Origin: Candidatus Hadarchaeales archaeon
Lineage (GTDB): Archaea; Hadarchaeota; Hadarchaeia; Hadarchaeales; Hadarchaeaceae
Assembly: GCA_038823825.1 (NCBI GenBank)
Contig: JAWBCC010000004.1
Coordinates: 56,592 to 88,591 of the forward strand
Reading direction: 5' to 3'
DNA length: 32,000 nt
This document shows positions 22,384-32,000 of the stretch, piece by piece. Under the pieces are notes generated by a model, which did no database searches, was not told where the DNA came from, and worked only from the letters and a program-made list of their open reading frames with translations. The position numbers and the translations under genes are program-made. The first letter of the stretch is position 1; every line of letters starts with the position of its first letter.

Positions 22384-23433
22384 ATGATAGTAACGCACGA
22401 GCAGGAGAAGCGTCTGATATACGCTTTGCTCTCAAAGCTCGATGTCGATCCCGAACAAGCAGAAGTCACAGCGGACGTTCTAACAGAAGGAGATCTTCGC
22501 GGTTTTTCCTCGCACGGGATCATGCGCCTGCCATATATTCTCAGGGCGATAAAGAGAGGAACGATAATCGGAAGAGCCAATGTGAAAATCGCGAGAGAGA
22601 AAGGAGCAACCGCTTTGGTTGATGGTGGCCATGGGCTCGGCCATTACATTGCAAAAAAAGCCATGGAGATCGCCATCGAGAAAGCCAAGAAATTCGGAAT
22701 CGGCGCAGTAGGAGTCATGAACTCAAACCATTTCGGAATAGCCGGCTACTATGCGGAAATGGCCGTCAAAGAGGAGATGATCGGGATTGTGACAACGACG
22801 ACAGATGCCCTCGTCCATCCATGGGGAGGAGTCGAGCCAATCCTCGGAACAAACGCTTTGGCCATAGGCATCCCAGCAGAGCCCATTCCCATAATCGTAG
22901 ACATGGCGATGAGCAACGCTGCAAGAGGCAAAATCGTCCAAGCGTTGAAAGAAGGAAGAGAAATTCCGCTCGGGTGGGCAATAGACGAGGAAGGAAATCC
23001 AACAACAGATCCAGCAAAGGCGATAAAAGGTGCACTCAGTCCCTTCGGGGGCGTGAAAGGATATGCGCTGGCGTTAGCGCTTGAAATCTTGGCAGGTCCA
23101 CTTGTTGGTGCGGAGGCTGGAAAGAAAGTAAGGGGAACCCTCGAACCGGTTGAGGATTTCTGCACGAAGGGTGATCTGATGATAGCTATAGACCCAACAA
23201 CCTTCGTACCAAAAGACGAATTCAAAAGAAAGGTGGGAGAATTCATCGAAGAAATAAAATCGTCGAAAAAAGCCAAGGGGGCTGAAGAGATTTTGCTGCC
23301 AGGAGAACCGGAGCTAAGAACTAGGGAAAAAAGACTGAGAGATGGAATCCCGATATCTGAGGAGGTCTGGAAAGAAATAGAAACTTGGGCAAAAGAGCTT
23401 AACGTCGATCTCGAAGAAATCCTCCGTCAGTAA
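22384..23433 (+). CDS. Ldh_2-family 2-hydroxyacid dehydrogenase (malate / L-sulfolactate dehydrogenase-like)
   Basis: 349-aa ORF. Contains ...LTEGDLRGFSSHGIMRLPYIL..., NSNHFGIAGYYA, and PFGGVKGYALALALEILAGPL, typical of the Ldh_2 (ComC/Mdh-II) family. Substrate cannot be assigned. Confidence 0.75.
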   Translation: MIVTHEQEKRLIYALLSKLDVDPEQAEVTADVLTEGDLRGFSSHGIMRLPYILRAIKRGTIIGRANVKIAREKGATALVDGGHGLGHYIAKKAMEIAIEKAKKFGIGAVGVMNSNHFGIAGYYAEMAVKEEMIGIVTTTTDALVHPWGGVEPILGTNALAIGIPAEPIPIIVDMAMSNAARGKIVQALKEGREIPLGWAIDEEGNPTTDPAKAIKGALSPFGGVKGYALALALEILAGPLVGAEAGKKVRGTLEPVEDFCTKGDLMIAIDPTTFVPKDEFKRKVGEFIEEIKSSKKAKGAEEILLPGEPELRTREKRLRDGIPISEEVWKEIETWAKELNVDLEEILRQ

Positions 23434-24011
23434 AACTCTGTTCCTCTCTTTTTCAGATACTCCAGAAGTTTCCAAGAAATCAGCGGCTTTCCATCGACAA
23501 GCGGATAGGCGAATGGTAGAATTATCGAACAACCCTTTTCGATTGGTATCTCGACCTCACAGACGACCGGAATGTCTCTCAATTTTCTCCCGCCCATTAT
23601 CTCCCTGACAACAAAAACGCTACCGTCGATCGAGAACTGGGATTCACCTATGTTTCTTTTTCTACAACCGGGCAATCTATCCGTCAAAAGCTTCTTCGTC
23701 CGTCCGAGAGGAGGATCGTCACCGAGAATTCCTCCGATGACCACCCCATCCATCCCGGAGAAGTCCTTTCCACTCAGAGATTTCTCAGCCTGTGGATCCA
23801 AAACCAAAAGCCTGCGAGAATCGAATACTTCTGCCACGCTCTCTTTCACGGCTCGACAAAATTTTGAAAGTTTTCTCCGCTCTGACTCCAGCTTGACGTT
23901 CGTTATTAGCAGATTTCCATCTAAAATCTCCGCCGCATGAGAGTATTCCGCTAGTAACCAATCGCTAAGCCTCGGTTCCAAATGTTCGATGACGATTTGA
24001 GGTTTTCTCAT
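23427..24011 (-). CDS. SPOUT-class SAM-dependent methyltransferase, Sfm1/YOR021C-like (PF04252-type)
   Basis: 194-aa ORF. IVIEHLEPRLSDWLLAEYSH and LLVLDPQAEKSL...GVVIGGILGDDPPLGRTKKL parallel yeast Sfm1 motifs (IIEHME..SEWV.LEY; LLDP.A...GGILGD.PP.DRT) as I remember them. ATGA overlap with pgk. Confidence 0.65.
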   Translation of the reverse strand: MRKPQIVIEHLEPRLSDWLLAEYSHAAEILDGNLLITNVKLESERRKLSKFCRAVKESVAEVFDSRRLLVLDPQAEKSLSGKDFSGMDGVVIGGILGDDPPLGRTKKLLTDRLPGCRKRNIGESQFSIDGSVFVVREIMGGRKLRDIPVVCEVEIPIEKGCSIILPFAYPLVDGKPLISWKLLEYLKKRGTEFY

Positions 24012-25285
24012 TTGACCCGCTGAGCGGCTTTCGTAAGAGCTTCAACCACCGGGAGAGGTTCGCCAGTTAGGAGGCTTATCGTTGCGCCCCCGCCCGTGCT
24101 CACGTGCTTTATACCGTCGGCTGCTCCGCAAGCGTGGGCTGCTGCAACAATGTGACCACCGCCTATAACCGTGAAAGCGGGAGATTCCGCCATGGCTTTA
24201 AGAATTCCAAAGCTTCCTTTCTCGAAGCCTGGTTCCTCAAACGCTCCCAAGGGTCCATTCGCCACGACAGTCTTTGCCTTCATAATCTCCGCTCTGTAAG
24301 CCTCTACCGTTTTTGGCCCAATGTCGTAAATCGGCATATCTTCGGGAAGCTTTACTCTCTTGCCGCCGCTCACTAGAGCTGCGATCTCCCCGACTTTGAA
24401 GGTGGTAACTCCAAACTCCAAAACCCTGGGTTTATCTTCCATCTTTACGACGTAGTCTATTGGAACCAACACCCTATCTCCGTACTCAGCGACGATCTTC
24501 TTCGCTTTGTCAGCGATTTTGTCATAACCCTTCGAACGGATGAACTGCTCGTTCTTTTCTCCAAGGTCCACGCCGGCTGCCACGAGAAAAGCTTGACCGA
24601 CAAGGCCGCCGGTGAGAACAAGATCCGCGATACCCTCCTTTAGAACGCGCTCGGTGATCTTCACGGAGTCATCAAACTTCGCCCCTCCGAGAACATAGAG
24701 ACACGGATGCTCCGGTGTGACCGCTCTTGCCAGTCCCCTGAGCTCCCTCTCCATCAGCCTCCCAGCATATGTCGGCAAAACTTCGGCGAGACCAACGAGA
24801 GAGGGGCTGGCCCTGTGAATCGCCGCAAAAGCGTCATTCACGAAAATCTCTCCGACGGACGCTAGATATTTCACCATGAAGGTTTTGGAGAGCTTCTCCG
24901 GCGGAAGCTTGGCAACCTCTTCGGCTAGCATTCTGACGTTCTCTGCGAGCATTATCTCCCCTGGCTTCAATTGCTTTATCTTCTCGACAAGGGTGGGGCC
25001 GACGAGATCTGGAGCGTATTTCACATCCTTTCCAAGAACTTCAGATAGTTTCTTTGCGTGTTTCTCGAGCGTCGTAAAGTCCGGATCCTCTGGTCTACCC
25101 TGGTGCGCAAGAACAACAACTTTTGCTCCTCTATCTGCCAGCTCCCGGATGGTTGGAGCGCTCTCCCTTATCCTTGTGTCATCTAAAATATCGCCAGTCT
25201 GCGGATCTATCGGCGAGTTTATGTCGACTCTGACGATCACAACCTTTCCTTTCACCTCGACGTCATCCAGCGTTAGGAATCTCAT
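24008..25285 (-). CDS. pgk: Phosphoglycerate kinase
   Basis: 425-aa ORF: FLTLDDVEVKGKVVIVRVDINSP...VVLAHQGRP...GGAKFDDS...STGGGA. Confidence 0.92.
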   Translation of the reverse strand: MRFLTLDDVEVKGKVVIVRVDINSPIDPQTGDILDDTRIRESAPTIRELADRGAKVVVLAHQGRPEDPDFTTLEKHAKKLSEVLGKDVKYAPDLVGPTLVEKIKQLKPGEIMLAENVRMLAEEVAKLPPEKLSKTFMVKYLASVGEIFVNDAFAAIHRASPSLVGLAEVLPTYAGRLMERELRGLARAVTPEHPCLYVLGGAKFDDSVKITERVLKEGIADLVLTGGLVGQAFLVAAGVDLGEKNEQFIRSKGYDKIADKAKKIVAEYGDRVLVPIDYVVKMEDKPRVLEFGVTTFKVGEIAALVSGGKRVKLPEDMPIYDIGPKTVEAYRAEIMKAKTVVANGPLGAFEEPGFEKGSFGILKAMAESPAFTVIGGGHIVAAAHACGAADGIKHVSTGGGATISLLTGEPLPVVEALTKAAQRVK

Positions 25286-25342
25286 GATTATCTCAACTCA
25301 AGTGTTGAAAGATTCTTTTAAAGATTTGCTTCTTTCCATTTT

Positions 25343-25356
25343 TGAAACGTGTTTCA
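25343..25356. promoter_or_regulatory. Inverted repeat TGAAAC-GT-GTTTCA in the pgk/ribK divergent promoter; candidate operator for the HTH-riboflavin kinase
   Basis: A 6-2-6 inverted repeat 36 nt upstream of the ribK ATG. It sits between two TATA-like boxes (TTTTAAAG 25316-25323 and TTATAAA 25363-25369). The function is inferred only. Confidence 0.3.
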
Positions 25357-25391
25357 GAATAGTTATAAACCGGAAAGGAGACTTTAATCGG

Positions 25392-26041
25392 ATGGTGGAA
25401 AAGATAGAGCTCATGCTGATGCTGGCAGAGTTTGGAGCACATCAACAGAAGATCAGACTGAGACTGGGAGAGCTAGCGGAAAGGTTAAGCTGCTCAAAAC
25501 AGACTGTTCACCGCAGACTTGTCGAGCTTGAGCAAGAAGGACTAATCGAAAGAGAAACGGATGGTAAAGGTCTGAAAGTTTTCATCACAGAAAGGGGTAG
25601 AGGTGTTCTGCATTCGTTTTACTTGAGGCTTGAAAAGGTGTTGCGAGGTTCAAAGACTTTGAAGATTTCTGGAACGGTGATATCGGGACTGGGTGAGGGA
25701 AAATATTATGTGACCCGCACAACCTATCTCAAGCAAATCGAAAGCTTGCTCGGCGGAAAACCATATCCCGGAACTCTGAATGTAAAGCTTGAAGGCCCAG
25801 CTGTAGAGATCATCGAAGTACTGCGGGAAACGCCATCGCAAATTGTAAAGGGTTTTAAAACAAAATCCAGAACATTCGGAGATGTAAAATATTATCCAGC
25901 TATCATTAAGGGTTTGAAGGCTGCAGTTGTACTTCCGGTTCGAAGTCATCATCGAGATGTCGTTGAGATCATCTCTACGAACAACCTGAGGAAAACGCTA
26001 AAACTCAGGGATGGGGACAGGGTGGAAGTGGAGGTAGAGAT

Positions 26042-26045
<4 letters not shown>
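25392..26045 (+). CDS. ribK: CTP-dependent riboflavin kinase fused to an N-terminal winged-HTH domain (RbkR-like)
   Basis: ATG 25392 follows GGAAAGGAG. wHTH: LGELAERLSCSKQTVHRRLVELEQEGLIERE. Kinase domain: ISGTVISGLGEGKYYV...YPGTLNVKL (MJ0056-type). The track's 389-aa form is an antisense-of-pgk extension. Confidence 0.8.
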
Positions 26046-27602
<1,557 letters not shown>

Positions 27603-27689
27603 ATGAACGAGCAGCACAAAAACGGCGAAAATTCAAAGTCGATCACTCTCTAAAATAGTTTTAGCGGCATAGTCTGGTGTTGGGAGCAA

Positions 27690-30527
27690 ATGGAGTATCC
27701 GTTCAACTTGCTGGCAAGACCGATCCAGAAGCTCTTAGAGGAAAGAGGGTTCACACAACCGACTCCCCCCCAAAAGGAAGCGATACCGAAGATACTCGAA
27801 GGAAAGAACGTTCTCCTGATAGCTCCAACCGGAACTGGAAAAACCGAAGCCGCTTTTTTACCAGCCTTTCACAATCTTCTGCTCTCGGCGGAGAGAATCC
27901 CGGGAATAAAGTTGTTCTACGTCACACCCTTGAGGGCGCTTAACCGCGACATGCTTGACAGAATGCAGTGGTGGTGCCGATCTCTCGACTTCAAGGTTGC
28001 TGTGAGACATGGAGACACAGAAGCCAGAGAAAGGAGAGCGCAGGCAATAGTTCCGCCCGACATAGTCGTGACAACACCCGAGACCCTCCAGCTTTTCCTG
28101 CTTGGGAAAAAGCTCCGGCAATATCTGAAAACGCTTATATGCGTGATAGTTGACGAGGTGCACGAGCTCGCGGATAACAAAAGGGGAACCCAACTGAGTA
28201 CCACTTTAGAGCGCCTGAGAGAGGCTAAGGGCGGAGATTTCCAGATCGTTGGGCTTTCAGCTACCATTGGAAGTCCAGAAGAAGTCGCAAAATTCCTAGT
28301 CGGGAAAGGACGACCATGCGAAATCATTGACATTAGCATGACCAGGGAGATGAAAATCTCTGTGATTTATCCGGAAGCCAAGAAAAGTGATGAGAAACTT
28401 GCTGAGAAGTTATACACGCTTCCGGAGGTTGCGGCGCGTGTGAGAGTCATAAAAGATCTCGTACTTTCCCATAAATCCACGCTTGTTTTCACAAACACAA
28501 GACCAATGGCGGAGATTCTTGGGAGCAGACTCCATCTTTGGGATATCGATTTTCCAGTAAGTGTGCATCATGGCTCTCTTTCGACAGCCACCAGAGTCGG
28601 AGCGGAGAAAAGGCTGAAGACGGGACAGCTGAAGGGAATCATTTGTACGTCGTCCATGGAGCTTGGAATCGATATCGGACACGTCGATTTAGTCATTCAA
28701 TACAATTCACCAAGACAGGTTACTAGGCTTGTCCAGAGAGTTGGAAGAAGCGGTCACAGGATCGGAGAAATAGCGAAAGGAGTTGTCATTGTTCAAGACC
28801 CGGACGACGCGCTTGAGTCAAGTGTTATTGTTAAGAAGAGTTTAAAGCAAGAACTTGAAGAAGTTTCTATTCCAGAAAAACCACTAGACGTCCTCTTACA
28901 TGCTTTATGCTCGATGCTCATCGAAAGAAGAGAGGCAGAAGTGGAGGATGCCCTACGAATTCTCAGAAGAGCTTATCCCTTCCGCACGCTCACAAAAGAG
29001 GATATCATAAAAGTGCTCGATTTCGCACAGAATCTCGAACAAAGATTTCTGAGATTATCGGAAGACGGGAAGAAATTTATCAGAGTGGGGAGAAGCAAAC
29101 TTTTTGATTATTATTTCACAAATCTATCCATGATTCCGGAGTTTAAGCAATATGTTGTCATAAACGACGAGAATGGGCAACCGATTGGGGTTCTTGACGA
29201 ACCGTTCGTTGCCGAGTATGGAGAACCTGAGGTTAGATTTGTAATGGGTGGAGAAATCTGGAAGATCCTCCAGCTTTATCAAGGAAAAATCTACGTGAAG
29301 AAGGAAATCGATCCTTTGGGAGCCATTCCAACTTGGATAGGTGAAGAAATACCTGTCCCGATTGAGATCGCCCAAGAGGTCGGGAGAATAAGAGGAAAAG
29401 TTGCAGAAATGCTTCAAAATGGAAAGAAATTCGCAGACATCTGCAAACAGATTGCTGAAGAGTTGGATGAATCAGAAAGAACAATCGAACGCGCGGTCGA
29501 GAACGTCAAAAGACAAGTTGATGAGGGACTACCTGTTCCAACCGACAAGTTGATAACGATCGAAAAAGTCGGAGACCTGTGTATTATAAACCTCTGTGCT
29601 GGAACACTCGTCAACAGAACGATCGCGAGATTTCTTGCTTATAAATTGTCTCGCGAAATGGGTCTAACCGTTGCTTTCTCAATTGATCCTTATCGAATAG
29701 TCTTAAGGTCGAAAATCCTCAAAATCGAAGATGTGGAAAGAATAATGAAAGAATCCTCGAACATAACCAGAGATTTGAGGGAAATCGTTGAGGGGAGCAG
29801 ATTTTTCAGGTGGAGGCTTGCCCAGGTTGCAAGAAGGATGGGCGTTTTAGCGAAAGAAGTTGAGCTCACAAGCTCCGTTTTGGACAAACTCGTCAGAGCG
29901 CTCAGAGACACTCCGGCATTCGAGGAAGCATTCAGAGAGACCTCGACGAGAGATTTTGATGTACGCAGAGCGGGAGAAATCCTTCAAATGTTGAGTAGCG
30001 GAGAAATCAAAATTATGTCAATTGGTGAAAGAAAGAGACCCTCGCCGATTTCGGAGACTATTTGGAAACGAACTTCTCTCGTTCTTGAACCAGCGGCACC
30101 CTCCAGACTGAAAATGTTGGCCTTTGCCTCTGCGAGGATTAGACTTCTAACTGAGATCAGAACATTCGTCTGCTTGGACTGCGGCTTCGTCAAAGAGATG
30201 AAGATTCATGAATTGAAAGAGAAACCCATCTGTCCAACATGCGGATCCGATAGAATCGGGATGTGTGAGGATGTGGAAGAAGAAGCAAAAAGAGCCTTCG
30301 AACTCCACATGCAGGGAAGAAAAACCAAACTTTGGAAAGAATTGGAGAAAACTGCAAGATTGATCTCTCGACACGGAAAGAACGCTGCAATCGTGCTAGC
30401 TGGAAGAGGAATAACTCCGGCCGCTGCACAAGAGATACTTCAGAAAAGTAAGGGAGATGAGAAAAAACTGATCGAGCTCACGGTGATGAAGGAGAGGGAG
30501 ATGATCATCAAAAGATTTTATGTTTGA
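27690..30527 (+). CDS. Lhr-like superfamily-2 DEAD/DEAH-box ATP-dependent helicase with C-terminal zinc ribbon
   Basis: 945-aa ORF. Q-motif/Walker A: PTPPQKEAIPKILEGKNVLLIAPTGTGKTEAA. DEVH box: VIVDEVHEL. Also SAT and QRVGRSGH. C-terminal ribbon CLDCG...CPTCG. Confidence 0.8.
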   Translation: MEYPFNLLARPIQKLLEERGFTQPTPPQKEAIPKILEGKNVLLIAPTGTGKTEAAFLPAFHNLLLSAERIPGIKLFYVTPLRALNRDMLDRMQWWCRSLDFKVAVRHGDTEARERRAQAIVPPDIVVTTPETLQLFLLGKKLRQYLKTLICVIVDEVHELADNKRGTQLSTTLERLREAKGGDFQIVGLSATIGSPEEVAKFLVGKGRPCEIIDISMTREMKISVIYPEAKKSDEKLAEKLYTLPEVAARVRVIKDLVLSHKSTLVFTNTRPMAEILGSRLHLWDIDFPVSVHHGSLSTATRVGAEKRLKTGQLKGIICTSSMELGIDIGHVDLVIQYNSPRQVTRLVQRVGRSGHRIGEIAKGVVIVQDPDDALESSVIVKKSLKQELEEVSIPEKPLDVLLHALCSMLIERREAEVEDALRILRRAYPFRTLTKEDIIKVLDFAQNLEQRFLRLSEDGKKFIRVGRSKLFDYYFTNLSMIPEFKQYVVINDENGQPIGVLDEPFVAEYGEPEVRFVMGGEIWKILQLYQGKIYVKKEIDPLGAIPTWIGEEIPVPIEIAQEVGRIRGKVAEMLQNGKKFADICKQIAEELDESERTIERAVENVKRQVDEGLPVPTDKLITIEKVGDLCIINLCAGTLVNRTIARFLAYKLSREMGLTVAFSIDPYRIVLRSKILKIEDVERIMKESSNITRDLREIVEGSRFFRWRLAQVARRMGVLAKEVELTSSVLDKLVRALRDTPAFEEAFRETSTRDFDVRRAGEILQMLSSGEIKIMSIGERKRPSPISETIWKRTSLVLEPAAPSRLKMLAFASARIRLLTEIRTFVCLDCGFVKEMKIHELKEKPICPTCGSDRIGMCEDVEEEAKRAFELHMQGRKTKLWKELEKTARLISRHGKNAAIVLAGRGITPAAAQEILQKSKGDEKKLIELTVMKEREMIIKRFYV

Positions 30528-30531
30528 TACC

Positions 30532-32000
30532 TCAGATCGGTGAAACATTTATCTTAAATGCATTGATGTACAGGCCGGGGGCTGCGTTGCTGGGTATGTT
30601 AAACCTCCACTCTATACTCTTCTGTACGTTTTCTCCATATGATACGCTACTCCAGATGATTTGATAAGTTGTGCTCAATGAAATCCAATTTCCCTCACCT
30701 TTGACCTTTGTCGCACTAACTGATATTGTGTGTTCATTTGATGTCCAGTCACTAACGGCTCTAACACCAACATTGAAGCTTTGGTTGGTAGTAACCGTGA
30801 CGATCAACGGACTTTCAATTGCGTCTACATTTTCTCCCTGTCCACCAGCAAACGTGAGTTTCTCGGTGCTAAGAAACATTTCGATATAGATTTGGACAGT
30901 TATCGCATTCTTGTTTTCCAACGAATTTTCCGTCTCGTTATCTTTCAAATATATCAGAAGGTTCCAGTTGCCCGGGGCAGCGATTTTGGAGACTCTTATC
31001 CTCAGAATCAGCAGATAGCTGTTTTCCTGCAAATTCTCAATCGCAGAACAATTTTCTGAGTCTATAAATCGAGAATCGTGAAGGCTGCTGAATTGCCAAC
31101 TTTCTGAAACTTTTGAAGCAAGCCAAGTATAATGATTTCGAACGTTGTCGGGAGCAGAAGAGGATACAGAATTCTCGTGAAGAACAAAATAAACGTTCTC
31201 GAGATTCATTCCTTCGTCTTCGATCGATATCATCACGTCATACCATCCGAAAGGTATCCAATTCTTCTCAATTTGAATTTCACGGACCCTCAAGATCGGT
31301 TTTTTGACCGCGAACTCCCACGTTTCCGAGCAGTTCTCATAGTATAGATTTGCTGCTATTATTCTCCAGTAGTACTTTCCTTCAGCCAGGTTTGTCAACA
31401 CATATGAATTTTCAGCGTTTTCCAGTTGCACATCGATGAAAGGAGAGTCAAAAGCAGGATCGTTGGCTATTTGAAGTCTCTGCCAAAGAGAGTTCTCGCC
31501 CGGAACCCAGCTAAGGAGTACATTGTTTTCTTTAAACATGGATCCGTTTTCGGGTGCCTCAAGGATAGGCCTTGACAATCTGGGCGGCAATAACTGTTCT
31601 GCTCCTAACATGGTTATGGGTTCTTTTTCGACTTGCCTCCTAACAATAAACCAGTCGAAATGGTAACTGGAATCTCCGCCGCCGTCCCAGGCTGCAAGAA
31701 CATATTTGTCGCAGTAGTTGTTTGGGTCGGTTGCGTAGTTCCAGTTTCTGATTTTTTCGGGAGCCTCCCATAAAAGGGATCTATAGGTCTCCCCATATTG
31801 CCCGTAGTAGAATCTTGCTTTAATCCTGCTATTTGAGTAAAGAGAAAGACTCGCAATATACCAAATATTTTGCTGGTAGTTACCTGGCGACCATGATCCA
31901 TCAGAAAAGAATTTATAATTGCCACTGTCATCTTTGAAGAATCCCGCATACTGTTGACCGCTTCCAGCCCTGTAGAATGTTCCTGGACCATTCAGCCCCA
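30532..32000 (-). CDS. Large secreted/surface protein (5' end outside the window) with a LamG/DUF2341-like N-terminal part and beta-rich Ig/FN3-like modules
   Basis: The frame of the 359-aa track ORF stays open upstream of its first Met to at least 31998 (...GLNGPGTFYRAGSGQQYAGFFKDDSGNYKFF...YVLAAWDGGGDSSYHFDWFIVRRQVEKEPITMLGAEQ...). The module PILEAPENGSMF..LSW...YYWRIIA is typical of extracellular repeats. Confidence 0.55.
   Translation of the reverse strand, partial: GLNGPGTFYRAGSGQQYAGFFKDDSGNYKFFSDGSWSPGNYQQNIWYIASLSLYSNSRIKARFYYGQYGETYRSLLWEAPEKIRNWNYATDPNNYCDKYVLAAWDGGGDSSYHFDWFIVRRQVEKEPITMLGAEQLLPPRLSRPILEAPENGSMFKENNVLLSWVPGENSLWQRLQIANDPAFDSPFIDVQLENAENSYVLTNLAEGKYYWRIIAANLYYENCSETWEFAVKKPILRVREIQIEKNWIPFGWYDVMISIEDEGMNLENVYFVLHENSVSSSAPDNVRNHYTWLASKVSESWQFSSLHDSRFIDSENCSAIENLQENSYLLILRIRVSKIAAPGNWNLLIYLKDNETENSLENKNAITVQIYIEMFLSTEKLTFAGGQGENVDAIESPLIVTVTTNQSFNVGVRAVSDWTSNEHTISVSATKVKGEGNWISLSTTYQIIWSSVSYGENVQKSIEWRFNIPSNAAPGLYINAFKINVSPI

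Noticed and set aside
24876-25391. N-terminal 172 codons of the 389-aa track ORF that ends as ribK.
   Set aside because: This part is antisense to pgk and has a Ser/Thr/Phe-rich low-complexity translation. A good ATG with a GGAAAGGAG Shine-Dalgarno-like element at 25392 starts the recognisable HTH domain.
31614-31991. 125-aa minus-strand ORF at the right edge of the window.
   Set aside because: It lies in a different frame from the long open frame that continues the 30532-31611 gene. Its translation is compositionally odd (TTQPTQTTTATN...), so it looks like a spurious shadow ORF.

Overview
The window looks like archaeal chromosome, probably from a euryarchaeote-like, FtsZ/SepF-using lineage; I cannot assign a taxon. 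About 47% GC is an eyeball estimate. Housekeeping blocks flank one accessory stretch. All calls come from reading the translations and the DNA by eye and from remembered family signatures; no database search or alignment was run.

Left core (1-13.8 kb):
- Glycerol-1-phosphate dehydrogenase (partial), proteasome beta subunit and aCPSF1/FttA.
- A PUA-SepF-ZPR1 operon and the Sm-L37e gene pair.
- A five-gene operon of type-IV-pilin-like proteins.
- Class II ribonucleotide reductase followed by a corrinoid adenosyltransferase.
- The L18e-L13-S9-RpoN operon followed by an HPr-kinase-like P-loop protein, then tRNA-Pro and a cation/proton antiporter.

Accessory region (13.8-21.5 kb):
- An uncharacterised two-gene cassette: a small Cys-rich protein plus an internally duplicated protein.
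- tRNA-Glu, a membrane-anchored transglutaminase-like protein, a flavin reductase-like protein, a C4HC3 zinc-finger miniprotein and tRNA-Leu.
- A CRISPR array of 39 repeats (37 nt each) with no cas genes in the window. Its leader abuts tRNA-Leu, and the 5' part of the leader is duplicated downstream of tRNA-Glu.
- A convergent operon encoding a DpnI-family (methyl-directed) endonuclease homologue and a zinc-ribbon protein.

Right core (21.6-32 kb):
- MBL hydrolase, Ldh_2-family dehydrogenase and an Sfm1-like SPOUT methyltransferase-pgk operon.
- A rib operon (HTH-fused riboflavin kinase, ribB, ribC, ribH).
- An Lhr-like helicase and a large secreted protein that runs off the window.
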